From a virus: a DNA stretch of 64,000 nt. The position numbers were made by a program, and so were the translations under genes. This document shows positions 7,157 to 15,584 of this stretch, in pieces (within the stretch, counting starts at the first letter, position 1; the number at the start of each line of letters is the position of its first letter). The DNA lies in the IMG/VR virus record IMGVR_UViG_3300009159_000033; one strand, given 5' to 3'. The notes under the pieces were generated by a model. That model was not told where the DNA came from, ran no database searches, and saw only the letters and a list, made by a program, of their open reading frames with translations.

Positions 7157-7197
7157 ACAACACAAGTTCACAACTTTGTGAACTTGTGGTATTCTAC
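7157..7197. repeat. Left copy of a 41-bp inverted repeat with an internal 12-bp perfect palindrome
   Basis: 39/41 identical to the reverse complement of 7587-7627; CACAAGTTCACA-ACTT-TGTGAACTTGTG. Confidence 0.9.
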
Positions 7198-7361
7198 ACT
7201 AAAGTGTAGAGAAGAACACCCGTAGGAAAGTGTTCTTCTCTAATTAACAAAATTGAAAGCAAACTAAGGCCAGTGCTAAGAAGAAGGCGACTCTTTTTCG
7301 ATGTGTGTTGCCCCTTGAGATCCGGCACTGGCTTTAGCTTTAAACCTAACGAGGAGAACCA

Positions 7362-7565
7362 ATGGAAAACAAAGAACTAGAAGACGGAGACTATGTCCTA
7401 ACCAATCAGGCAGGTTGGTTTACTGTAAAAGGATTTTCAATAAGAATCCACGCAACCGACGAAGGAGTAGCGGTGGATGTGTATGTGAATGGAAAGGAAA
7501 CAGACGGCCCCATCTCGAGCGCGTATGGGTTAGACGTGGAGGCGGATGTGCGTGAGTTGGCTTAG
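7362..7565 (+). CDS. Hypothetical protein enclosed by the inverted repeats
   Basis: GAGGAG RBS; 67 aa. Confidence 0.75.
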   Translation: MENKELEDGDYVLTNQAGWFTVKGFSIRIHATDEGVAVDVYVNGKETDGPISSAYGLDVEADVRELA

Positions 7566-7586
7566 CTATTGTTCTACTCTCTTAGA

Positions 7587-7627
7587 GTAGAATACCACAA
7601 GTTCACAACTTTGTGAACTTGTGTTGT
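7587..7627. repeat. Right copy of the 41-bp inverted repeat
   Basis: See 7157-7197. Confidence 0.9.
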
Positions 7628-7647
7628 AACTTACTAAAGGAAAACAT

Positions 7648-7845
7648 ATGGAACTACGCTACAAGATTATTCGGTTTTACTCTAAAGGAGGGGCTAGAAC
7701 GCTGCATCGAGGGTTAACTCTTGAGCAAGCCCAAAAGCATTGCTCTGACCCAGAGACAAGTTCTAAGACGGCTGTGCTGCCGCTTGCAAAAGCTAGAACA
7801 GCAAAGGTTGGAGATTGGTTTGAAGGTTATGAAGTGGACGCTTGA
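7648..7845 (+). CDS. Hypothetical phage protein
   Basis: AAAGGA RBS; 65 aa. Confidence 0.7.
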   Translation: MELRYKIIRFYSKGGARTLHRGLTLEQAQKHCSDPETSSKTAVLPLAKARTAKVGDWFEGYEVDA

Positions 7846-7858
7846 ACAGGAGATTGAT

Positions 7859-8092
7859 ATGACTGAGTGGAAAACTGAAGAAGAAGTAGTTAATGGGGTT
7901 AAACATGTTACTCACCGCTTTAAATATTCTAAAACTGTTTACCCCACTATTTTCGAGCGTGGCAACATTGCTGGGGTTACTTTGATGATTAATGGGTATC
8001 AGTTTAAATGTAAATCAGTAGAAGATGCCAAGATTGAAGCTGAAGACCGATTGCGGACAAACAGAGGCATCTATTTGCAGTCTTCTAACTAA
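7859..8092 (+). CDS. Hypothetical protein
   Basis: Start moved to MTEWK after AGGAG. Confidence 0.65.
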   Translation: MTEWKTEEEVVNGVKHVTHRFKYSKTVYPTIFERGNIAGVTLMINGYQFKCKSVEDAKIEAEDRLRTNRGIYLQSSN

Positions 8093-8108
8093 CAGGAGGG
8101 GTAAGGGT

Positions 8109-8423
8109 ATGCTTAAGACTAAGAAGCGAGAAAAGCTGTTTAAAGCGGTAGACAAGTTTGTGTCAAAATACATTGATACAAAAACCTATACGGCTGAACA
8201 GTGGGAAGAGAAAGAAAAGGATATGGCGTTTGGAGAAGTGGTGTTTGTTGCAGAAGGGCTATTGTACCATTTGTTAAATGGGGGCAATGGGGAAAAAGAG
8301 TGGGCTAAGTTGGATAAGATAGCTGCGGATCATGGGTGCCACATTGAGCAAGGCTTTCATTGGTCCTGGCATTTCTGTGATAGTCAAAATTTAGAAAGAG
8401 AAAGAAACAGTAAACATGAATAA
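8109..8423 (+). CDS. Hypothetical protein
   Basis: Start moved to MLKTKK after AGGAGGGG...AAGGG. Confidence 0.7.
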   Translation: MLKTKKREKLFKAVDKFVSKYIDTKTYTAEQWEEKEKDMAFGEVVFVAEGLLYHLLNGGNGEKEWAKLDKIAADHGCHIEQGFHWSWHFCDSQNLERERNSKHE

Positions 8424-8757
8424 TTACATTGCCTTATTGCAAGATGATAAGGCTGTAAACAATAGGCTAGGGTATCACGCAAAGATTACAGACATACTTC
8501 GTAACTGGGATAAGGATTTAAAGCAGTTTTGTAAACACTTAACTGACAATAAATTTCCTATTGGTTATACGCTTTTTGTTCCTGACTTTTTTGCTATAAC
8601 CTTTGGAACTTCGCAAGTGCTTTGCCCAAAAGAAATAGCTTTCTTATGGCGAAGCATTGCTGAAGTTAGCAAAGTGTTAAAGTTTCAGAAGGAACAGAAT
8701 CAAATAACAGCAGTACAAGTTTACAAACCTTATTTAGGCACACAGTTTATTTGGTAA
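8416..8757 (+). CDS. Hypothetical protein
   Basis: 113-aa ORF overlapping both neighbours. Confidence 0.65.
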   Translation: MNNYIALLQDDKAVNNRLGYHAKITDILRNWDKDLKQFCKHLTDNKFPIGYTLFVPDFFAITFGTSQVLCPKEIAFLWRSIAEVSKVLKFQKEQNQITAVQVYKPYLGTQFIW

Positions 8758-9581
8758 CAGAAAGACTTATCATGGACGATCCGAACATTGTTGAAGCAGT
8801 TAATTCTATTAAAGGCGTGGTTAAACATCAGTTGCAAGATAAAGGGGAAAACACTGCGTTATCACTTTTACGCTATTGTGTTTTAAACGCATTACCAAAT
8901 ACGCACAGCTCGGATATGGCTCGCACGCAAATACTGCAGAAGAATCTGCGTAATCAGTACTATCGATTAATGCACCAATATCCAGAAAACAAGTACGCTT
9001 ACACCTATGCTTTAAACTGTTGTCCTGTTGGTTTTTTGATAGAGCCTATCACTCGCTTTTGTAACAATCCAAAAGCTTGTCCTTGGTGTTTTGTGCGTAG
9101 GCGGCTGTATCCTATTTACTTGGCTTTAAATCGTATCCCTAGAGCAATAAGGCAACCTTGTAAAGTCATAGCTTGGCAGCGTACCAAAATCTGGAATTTA
9201 CAAGAATTACCTTTCTTTCGTTCTGACTATGGCCCGCATCAGTGGTGCTCTGCTTTGGCTACTGTTCAACTGTGCGTTCCATTTGTAGACAAAGGTAACC
9301 TACAAGTACGGCATGCAGGTATTCAAATTGTACCGGCAGATTGTGACATTCGTAAGCAACTGACTAGGCTTGCCGTACAGCCTAGTTTAACTTTTACAAC
9401 TTTTAAAGGAGGTACTAACACTAACATCGTTAAAGCAATGGCGACAGTTTTGCGTGTTCCTTGGGCAACTTTGTTTGCTTCTGAAAATCTGCAAAGTTTT
9501 GTTTCGTTATTGACTAGATCTGACGCTCATTTATTACGCATTACTAAATACAAACAAAGAGGAGACATCGATGGAAATTAA
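8751..9581 (+). CDS. Hypothetical protein with C-x5-CPWC zinc-finger motif
   Basis: 276-aa ORF; FCNNPKACPWCF; start uncertain. Confidence 0.7.
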   Translation: MVTERLIMDDPNIVEAVNSIKGVVKHQLQDKGENTALSLLRYCVLNALPNTHSSDMARTQILQKNLRNQYYRLMHQYPENKYAYTYALNCCPVGFLIEPITRFCNNPKACPWCFVRRRLYPIYLALNRIPRAIRQPCKVIAWQRTKIWNLQELPFFRSDYGPHQWCSALATVQLCVPFVDKGNLQVRHAGIQIVPADCDIRKQLTRLAVQPSLTFTTFKGGTNTNIVKAMATVLRVPWATLFASENLQSFVSLLTRSDAHLLRITKYKQRGDIDGN

Positions 9582-10116
9582 TTCACCCCCATATCCCAAG
9601 AACAGCGGCAGCCCACGAGACTTATTCTTCAATCTAACAGAATTATATCAGTGGGCTGCAGAGCAGTTTGACTGGGCTAATGAAGAAGCTATTCGTTTAA
9701 ATGCTCCCGAAACTCCTTTTATTAGGAAGATGGGGCAAGAGCCCTTGCCAACGGATGCATCTATAAACCAGTTTACACGGCTGGCTGTACCCGATATGTT
9801 TATGTCGTGGCAAGCTCTAAGACGCATCCGTGAAAAGTACGATGCTATCGTGCGGAACTATGAAGAGGAAGATGAATGGAATTCAGATGCGTGTGTGTTT
9901 CACCGCATCACAACAGTAAAGGCAGCTGCACTGCTGCTGTCCGTAGCATTTCTTGACTTTGAGAGGCGGGAAGCCAAAGGTATGGAATTGGCTAAAAAGA
10001 CAAGGAAAGAGTTTTTTAAATGGCTTAAAGGTGCTCTTGGAGAGTTAAGCCACATTCAAGGAGGAAATGATAATGACGAAATCGACTTCGATAGCTTCCA
10101 AGGGGAAGAAGACTAG
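9571..10116 (+). CDS. Hypothetical protein
   Basis: GAGGAG RBS; 181 aa. Confidence 0.75.
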   Translation: MEINSPPYPKNSGSPRDLFFNLTELYQWAAEQFDWANEEAIRLNAPETPFIRKMGQEPLPTDASINQFTRLAVPDMFMSWQALRRIREKYDAIVRNYEEEDEWNSDACVFHRITTVKAAALLLSVAFLDFERREAKGMELAKKTRKEFFKWLKGALGELSHIQGGNDNDEIDFDSFQGEED

Positions 10117-10396
10117 GACTAGCGTTTGTCGTATGCATGTGTCTCGGGCAGACATGCGTAGCAACATTAGAAGCGGTAAAGATGATCCGGTGATTGCGGT
10201 GCATAGACGAGGTCGCAGTTTGCGTGGCAATTTAGTGATCATATACGATAAGCTAGGTAACGAGGTTGCACGCATTGTGCAGAGTATGGACAAGCCTTTG
10301 AAGAATGGAGCTAGAATTTGGATTGAGACGCATGAGACTGTAGCTTTGTTTTACACTGATGGCGATGCAGTAGTATCTGAGTTATTGGACCGCTGA
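10067..10396 (+). CDS. Conserved-looking phage hypothetical protein
   Basis: GGAGG RBS; DKPLKNGARIWIET resembles a widespread small phage protein (recalled, not searched). Confidence 0.7.
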   Translation: MIMTKSTSIASKGKKTRTSVCRMHVSRADMRSNIRSGKDDPVIAVHRRGRSLRGNLVIIYDKLGNEVARIVQSMDKPLKNGARIWIETHETVALFYTDGDAVVSELLDR

Positions 10397-10788
10397 CTAA
10401 TGTGATTCATTTTGCAGTCACTAAATTCAGGTTGTCCGGCCAACATGGTAATCTTGTTTTTAATGGCAACTCGAATGCAATTTAAATTCCGGATTTTAAT
10501 AGCTCGTTTACCTATTTCAGCTAGCCCTAGTATGTCGTCTAGCCCTTTGCGTATGTCGTGTTCTGCGTCCCACATTTGTCCGTTGATATCAAGCAACGCA
10601 GCAATCAAATCGCAGATTTTGGAATCGTTATGATCAATCCCAGTTTCATAGTATGCAATTTGTTTTCGTAATAAAGTTTTGTTTAGTTCTTCAGCTGGCA
10701 ATCGTTGCAGTTTTAACTTTGCAATGGTAAGACGATCACATAGCTCGCAAATGGGCATGGCAACTATCTGTACATTATTTTTTAACAT
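10351..10788 (-). CDS. DUF6165-like hypothetical protein; the only credible minus-strand gene
   Basis: ELCDRLTIAKLK...DINGQMWDAEHDIRK...IRNLNCIRVAIKNKI resembles DUF6165 (recalled); fills an otherwise empty 400-bp gap. Confidence 0.7.
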   Translation of the reverse strand: MLKNNVQIVAMPICELCDRLTIAKLKLQRLPAEELNKTLLRKQIAYYETGIDHNDSKICDLIAALLDINGQMWDAEHDIRKGLDDILGLAEIGKRAIKIRNLNCIRVAIKNKITMLAGQPEFSDCKMNHISQRSNNSDTTASPSV

Positions 10789-10800
10789 AAGGAGTATCTC

Positions 10801-11922
10801 ATGAATATCTTAGTAACAAGTGACCTTCACCTCAGCAATCGAGTCTGGACTCATCGCCCTATCGAGGGAGATAGTTATTATGCGTGGGACCAGATTGTAA
10901 CGCTAGCCCTCGACAATGGAGTCGAGGCAGTCATACTTGCAGGAGACATCCTTGACAAACAGGTCAATGTCTCAGAACCCATTCACAAGCTTTTGGAGGG
11001 TGTCCGTAAACTAACGGAAACGGGTATTAAGGTTTATTATAACCAAGGGCAGCATGAGTATCAAGAAAGCCCATGGCTACAAGCAGCTACTAAGGCTGTT
11101 TGGCTTCACGAACAAAGCACATCTTTTGACGGCTGGCAAATTGCTGGATGCGATTACCAGAACAATGAAGAGAATTTAAAACAATTTCTCAAAAGTGATT
11201 TAGCAAAAGAGTCTTCTATACTTGTTTGCCATCAAGTGTGGCGAGACTTTATGGGAGACATGGCTAAACCACAAGGGTGTTTCAATGACATCCCTCCAAA
11301 TGTAAAGTATCTAATCACTGGTGATTACCATATGAATTTGATTCATCACCATGGTGATCTTACTGTGCTCAGTCCTGGCAGCACGCACATGCGTAGTATC
11401 TCAGAGCCCGTGGATAAGAAAGTATTTTTAATTAAGAATTACGATAAAAAATACAATACAACAGAGAAGCTTATAATAGAAACTCTGCCTTTGTATAGCC
11501 GTAGGTGCATTCGTTTGAATGCAACTACAGCAAAAGGTTCTTGGGAAGTATTAAGATTAATGGCAGAAAAAGAATTAGCTACAGCTGCAGCTTATGCGGA
11601 AGACAACGCAATACCCGCAGAAATCGCAATGCCTTTGCTGCACCTATTACATACCTCTAGTGACATCGAGTTGGTAGGTAGATTTAAACAACACTTTGAA
11701 TCCAAAGCTCATTTGTTTTTCAAACAAAAAGAAAACAAACAATTTGAAGTAGAAGAACAAGGTGTTCAAGTTGTCGCTGGGGATCGCATAGGCATGATGC
11801 AATGCGTAGACGCTTGTATAAGCAAATCAGAAAAGCCTTTAGTTCATGATTTAGTGTTAACGCTTTTACAAAGCCCTGACCCTGAACAAGCATTACAACA
11901 GTGGGTTAAATCCCATGCTTAG
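10801..11922 (+). CDS. sbcD: SbcD/Mre11/gp47-like metallophosphoesterase nuclease
   Basis: SDLH, AGDILD, NQGQHE, GDYH, PGS motifs; directly upstream of an SbcC ATPase. Confidence 0.85.
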   Translation: MNILVTSDLHLSNRVWTHRPIEGDSYYAWDQIVTLALDNGVEAVILAGDILDKQVNVSEPIHKLLEGVRKLTETGIKVYYNQGQHEYQESPWLQAATKAVWLHEQSTSFDGWQIAGCDYQNNEENLKQFLKSDLAKESSILVCHQVWRDFMGDMAKPQGCFNDIPPNVKYLITGDYHMNLIHHHGDLTVLSPGSTHMRSISEPVDKKVFLIKNYDKKYNTTEKLIIETLPLYSRRCIRLNATTAKGSWEVLRLMAEKELATAAAYAEDNAIPAEIAMPLLHLLHTSSDIELVGRFKQHFESKAHLFFKQKENKQFEVEEQGVQVVAGDRIGMMQCVDACISKSEKPLVHDLVLTLLQSPDPEQALQQWVKSHA

Positions 11923-11930
11923 GAGTTACC

Positions 11931-14075
11931 ATGTATATCGAACAAGTAGAGCTTAAGAACATAGGCCCGCACCAAAGCTTAAATGTTAAGTTTGGGCGTG
12001 GTCTTGTTGGTATTGTAGGAGCCAATGGGGCGGGTAAATCAACATTAGTCAACGCAATTTATGCAGCGTTGACTAATGACTTCACTCGCCTTGGCGGTAC
12101 TAAAGCCGAGATCATTACAAATGGTAGCAGCGATCCAAGTTACATTCGTGTAATAGGGAAACACCAAGGTCAATCGTTTACCTTGACAAGATGGCTGCGA
12201 CCCAACAAGAACGAGTTTAAGATAGGCATATCTGTATTTGACAAAACTACAGATGTGAACGAAGCAATTATTAACTACCTCGACATCAGTAAAGCAGTGA
12301 TTGACAAGTATGTGTTTGTTAATCAGTGGGAAATGTTTAGTTTTTTGGATCAGACAGCTAGCGAGAGAGCTAAAACCTTTCAGTATCTGTGCGGGACGGA
12401 AGCAGCCTCAGCCATTCACAAAGTGTGTATGGACTATGTGGCAAGGCAGCAGGGTATTGAGGTAGTGGACAATAGCGTGGAGCTAGAAGACGCTATTACC
12501 GAAACTCGCACAGCGATGACGGAGCACAGTAAGGTAGGTAAAGCTGCCAAGCTACACATCTTAACAGATGAAGAGCTGGAAGTACGGCAGTTATTGCTTT
12601 CGCAGTATGAGTTAGGTAAAGAAGCTCAGACTCAGTTGAAAGAAGTAAAACATAAAATTGAAAGGCTAGAACTATCTTTAGAAGAGCTGCAGCAAAGCCA
12701 ATCTAAGCATAAGCTGGCTAGGCGAGAAGCTTGGCAAGCTAAGTTTAAAAACAAGTTAGCAGTAGCTCAAGAAGTGTTAGACCTAGTAGAAGTGCATAAG
12801 ACAGCTCGACTTAACCTTTTTTCTAAAAAAGACATCTACGATGAACATGTAGCAGTGGCTGAGCTTAAGAAACGAAGTAAGCCTAAATCTAATAAAGATT
12901 ATGTGGATTTAAAACTTCAAAAACAACTGACCAAAGAAAAGCATGAGCTTGAGTTTCAAATAAAACAAGTAGCTACATTGTTGACACATTCGGACAATCG
13001 TCTTTGTACGCAATGCCAGCAAGAAGTTACAAAAGAATATGTCGAGCAGGTAAAGGTAGAGTATCTAAGAAATGTAACCAGACTTGCAGAAGTTGTGCGT
13101 ATTTTAACTTATTCCGAAAGCTATGATAGGAAGTTAGAGCAGTATCAAGAGGGATATAAAATTTGCCAACAACTTTGTATGGATGCGGCAGCAGAATTAG
13201 AAGAAGTAGAAAAAGAGGTTGAGTTACTTTCCAAGAAACTAATAGGAGTAAACGATGAGCATATAGATACAGCCAAGGCTTTGATCGCTCGAAATCTTGA
13301 TATAGAGCAACAAAAGTTTTATTTAGAGAAAGATGTTAAACAAGAACAGCATCACATAGCAGGGTTTCAAGGCGAGCTTAAAAATGTGTTAGAGCAAAAA
13401 AGTAAACTAAGTAAACAAATTAAACAAATGCCTGCTGTGGACAAAGTCTCGACTGCAAAGATACGGTTAGCTCAACATCAAGAAGCTCTTGCTGTTTGGC
13501 AGAAATCTGTAGGAGCTTTTCAAGAAGCTAAGAGGTCTTGGCTTCGTACTAAGCAAAGCTTAGAACAGCTTACTGCTAAGATGGCAGATCGTGAAAAGGT
13601 GCGTAAGCTATTAGACACAGTCAGTTCCGCTGGAGATGTATTCCATTGGAATAACTTACCTAAGCTAGTGTCGCAGTCAAATCTCCAATTGCTGGTTGGA
13701 GACATCAACGCAAACCTACAGTTCTTTAATGATCCGTTCTATGTGGAAGCGGATGCTGACTTAACTTTCAATGTGTTTTTTGCCGGACAAGAGCCAGTTA
13801 AAGCAAAACAATTGAGTGGCGGGCAGAAAGTTCTACTTTCCATCGCTTTTCGTGCAGCTTTAGATAGGGTTTTTGGGCATAATATAGGTATGATGTTTCT
13901 TGATGAACCGACCTCCGGCCTAGATGCCGACAATGTAAGCTTCTTTCAAGAGGCATTACAACAGCTGGCAAAGAAGGTAGGAGAAGACCATCAATTGATT
14001 GTAATTACTCATGTTCAAGAACTAGGGAAGGTTTTTGATCAGCTTGTTGAAATTAAAAAAGGTGAAGTTTGTTGA
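11931..14075 (+). CDS. sbcC: SbcC/Rad50/gp46-like ABC ATPase
   Basis: GANGAGKS, coiled coil with CTQC zinc hook, LSGGQ, LDEPT, ITH. Confidence 0.92.
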   Translation: MYIEQVELKNIGPHQSLNVKFGRGLVGIVGANGAGKSTLVNAIYAALTNDFTRLGGTKAEIITNGSSDPSYIRVIGKHQGQSFTLTRWLRPNKNEFKIGISVFDKTTDVNEAIINYLDISKAVIDKYVFVNQWEMFSFLDQTASERAKTFQYLCGTEAASAIHKVCMDYVARQQGIEVVDNSVELEDAITETRTAMTEHSKVGKAAKLHILTDEELEVRQLLLSQYELGKEAQTQLKEVKHKIERLELSLEELQQSQSKHKLARREAWQAKFKNKLAVAQEVLDLVEVHKTARLNLFSKKDIYDEHVAVAELKKRSKPKSNKDYVDLKLQKQLTKEKHELEFQIKQVATLLTHSDNRLCTQCQQEVTKEYVEQVKVEYLRNVTRLAEVVRILTYSESYDRKLEQYQEGYKICQQLCMDAAAELEEVEKEVELLSKKLIGVNDEHIDTAKALIARNLDIEQQKFYLEKDVKQEQHHIAGFQGELKNVLEQKSKLSKQIKQMPAVDKVSTAKIRLAQHQEALAVWQKSVGAFQEAKRSWLRTKQSLEQLTAKMADREKVRKLLDTVSSAGDVFHWNNLPKLVSQSNLQLLVGDINANLQFFNDPFYVEADADLTFNVFFAGQEPVKAKQLSGGQKVLLSIAFRAALDRVFGHNIGMMFLDEPTSGLDADNVSFFQEALQQLAKKVGEDHQLIVITHVQELGKVFDQLVEIKKGEVC

Positions 14076-14965
14076 GATCACTTATGACCTGTATTCACAT
14101 AGACCATGATGGCACTACTTGGGTGATAACTCCAGAAGGTATACCTACACAGGTAATTGGAAAGTATCGCCCAAGTAAACTGCTGTCAACCGTTTACCGA
14201 GTTATCGGAATACCACAGAATTATAAGCTTATTATTTCTTTGTATCTAGCTTTGATCAGCAAGGAGATAAAGGGTAAGTTGTTGGTGGGTGCTCCTTCAA
14301 TCTGTCACCGATATCATAATTCAAGTTTGCAACTGTTAAACTGTATTTCAGTGCTTAACGCACATGATAATTTGCCCCATACTTGGCATACTGTAGACAG
14401 TGCAAGCTATCGTAATTTTTTATTATTACAAGTGAAGCAAGAACAGATCTATGATTCTTCTCCGAAGCTACAAGATAGAGTACAGCACTGGTATTCACAG
14501 CATGTTACTTATCCGTTCTGGCAGTTTTTAAAAATAGAACAGCATAGTGACTTGCTGATAGATATACTTGCAGCAATAGCGGATCCACGCTGGTACTTCA
14601 ATGTGAACCATCCTAATAGATTGACAAAGTTAGACAGTTATTTTGGGTTAATGCCTTTTGCTGATTTTTCTAAGTTTTGGAATTTACGCATAAGGAAAAA
14701 GACAGCAGAACTTGATGCTAAACAAGATAGGGCTCGTTTGCTAGTAGAAGCTGTAAAAGCTTTACCAGCGGATAGTCCTCTTTTGTTAGACTATTCTTGT
14801 GACATCACCGACAAGAAAGATGTGCATAAAACTTGTAAGCGGTTGTTACATTTTATAGTGCGTAACTGGCTGGCTGGAACTATGGAACATGCTGACTTTG
14901 ATCCTCGAGTATTTTTCAGCAACAAGCTGGTTAAAGACAGTTTTTTAAAGCAATTTGGAGAATAG
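14069..14965 (+). CDS. Protein with an IS110/Nop (Tas-like) C-terminal domain
   Basis: HVTYPFW...DILAAIADPRWYF...KLDSYFGLMP and KRLLHFIVRNW parallel the IS110/Tas Nop-domain consensus; N-terminal CIHID may be a degenerate RuvC first strand. Confidence 0.55.
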   Translation: MLRSLMTCIHIDHDGTTWVITPEGIPTQVIGKYRPSKLLSTVYRVIGIPQNYKLIISLYLALISKEIKGKLLVGAPSICHRYHNSSLQLLNCISVLNAHDNLPHTWHTVDSASYRNFLLLQVKQEQIYDSSPKLQDRVQHWYSQHVTYPFWQFLKIEQHSDLLIDILAAIADPRWYFNVNHPNRLTKLDSYFGLMPFADFSKFWNLRIRKKTAELDAKQDRARLLVEAVKALPADSPLLLDYSCDITDKKDVHKTCKRLLHFIVRNWLAGTMEHADFDPRVFFSNKLVKDSFLKQFGE

Positions 14966-14967
14966 CT

Positions 14968-15462
14968 GTGCGTGAATTATCTGTAAGAATTCGTTTCACC
15001 ACTCCTAGTTTGGGTAATGAAAAAGAAAAAAAGACAGGTCGTTTTCGGTTCCAACGAAGTCCTGGTCGGGATGGTAAGATTTTATTTTTAGCTACATGGC
15101 ATCATAGCAATATGAAGTTAGCTGCAGAAATGTTAGGCAAACACCAAGAAGCAGTTAAACGCATTTGCTGGGATATAGGATTAGACGCAGAGATCAAAGA
15201 CAAATGTTTAACTCGTTGCTTCTATCAGAAATCTGCAAATGGTAGGGAACGCTGGTCGTTACATGAATCAATTATGGCAAATCAAACTGTCGTGATTAAT
15301 TGTGTTGTGCCTATAGAAATTGATGAGCAAGATTTTTGGACATTGATGCAAATTGCAGGTAAGTATAAAGGGTTGTCTCCGTGGCAGCCCGGTAAGTATG
15401 GGCACTACGAAGTTGTAAGCATACAACCACGAAGACAACCTCAAAATAATACTTTGGATTAA
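14968..15462 (+). CDS. Stand-alone RAMP (Cas7-like) protein
   Basis: RIRFTTPSLG at the N-terminus, HESI mid-domain, C-terminal Gly-rich loop AGKYKGLSPWQPGKYGHYEV; GTG start after GGAG. Confidence 0.55.
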   Translation: MRELSVRIRFTTPSLGNEKEKKTGRFRFQRSPGRDGKILFLATWHHSNMKLAAEMLGKHQEAVKRICWDIGLDAEIKDKCLTRCFYQKSANGRERWSLHESIMANQTVVINCVVPIEIDEQDFWTLMQIAGKYKGLSPWQPGKYGHYEVVSIQPRRQPQNNTLD

Positions 15463-15468
15463 TAAAAA

Positions 15469-15501
15469 ACCATCGGCTGGGTGCGGTGTCCAGCCGATGG
15501 T
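15469..15501. other. 12-bp perfect GC-rich hairpin in the intergenic region
   Basis: ACCATCGGCTGG-N9-CCAGCCGATGGT; preceded by an A-run, so it is terminator-like only on the minus strand. Confidence 0.7.
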
Positions 15502-15584
15502 GAGTGTAGCGGGTGCGATGTATCGCCAACCCACAGCTGCATTCTAATCAATTAATTCAAAAATGCAATAAGGAGTTAATATAA

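Noticed and set aside
14069-14965. Active IS110 insertion sequence
   Set aside because: No recognisable DEDD catalytic set, no element boundaries, and the gene is coupled to both neighbours like a resident gene.
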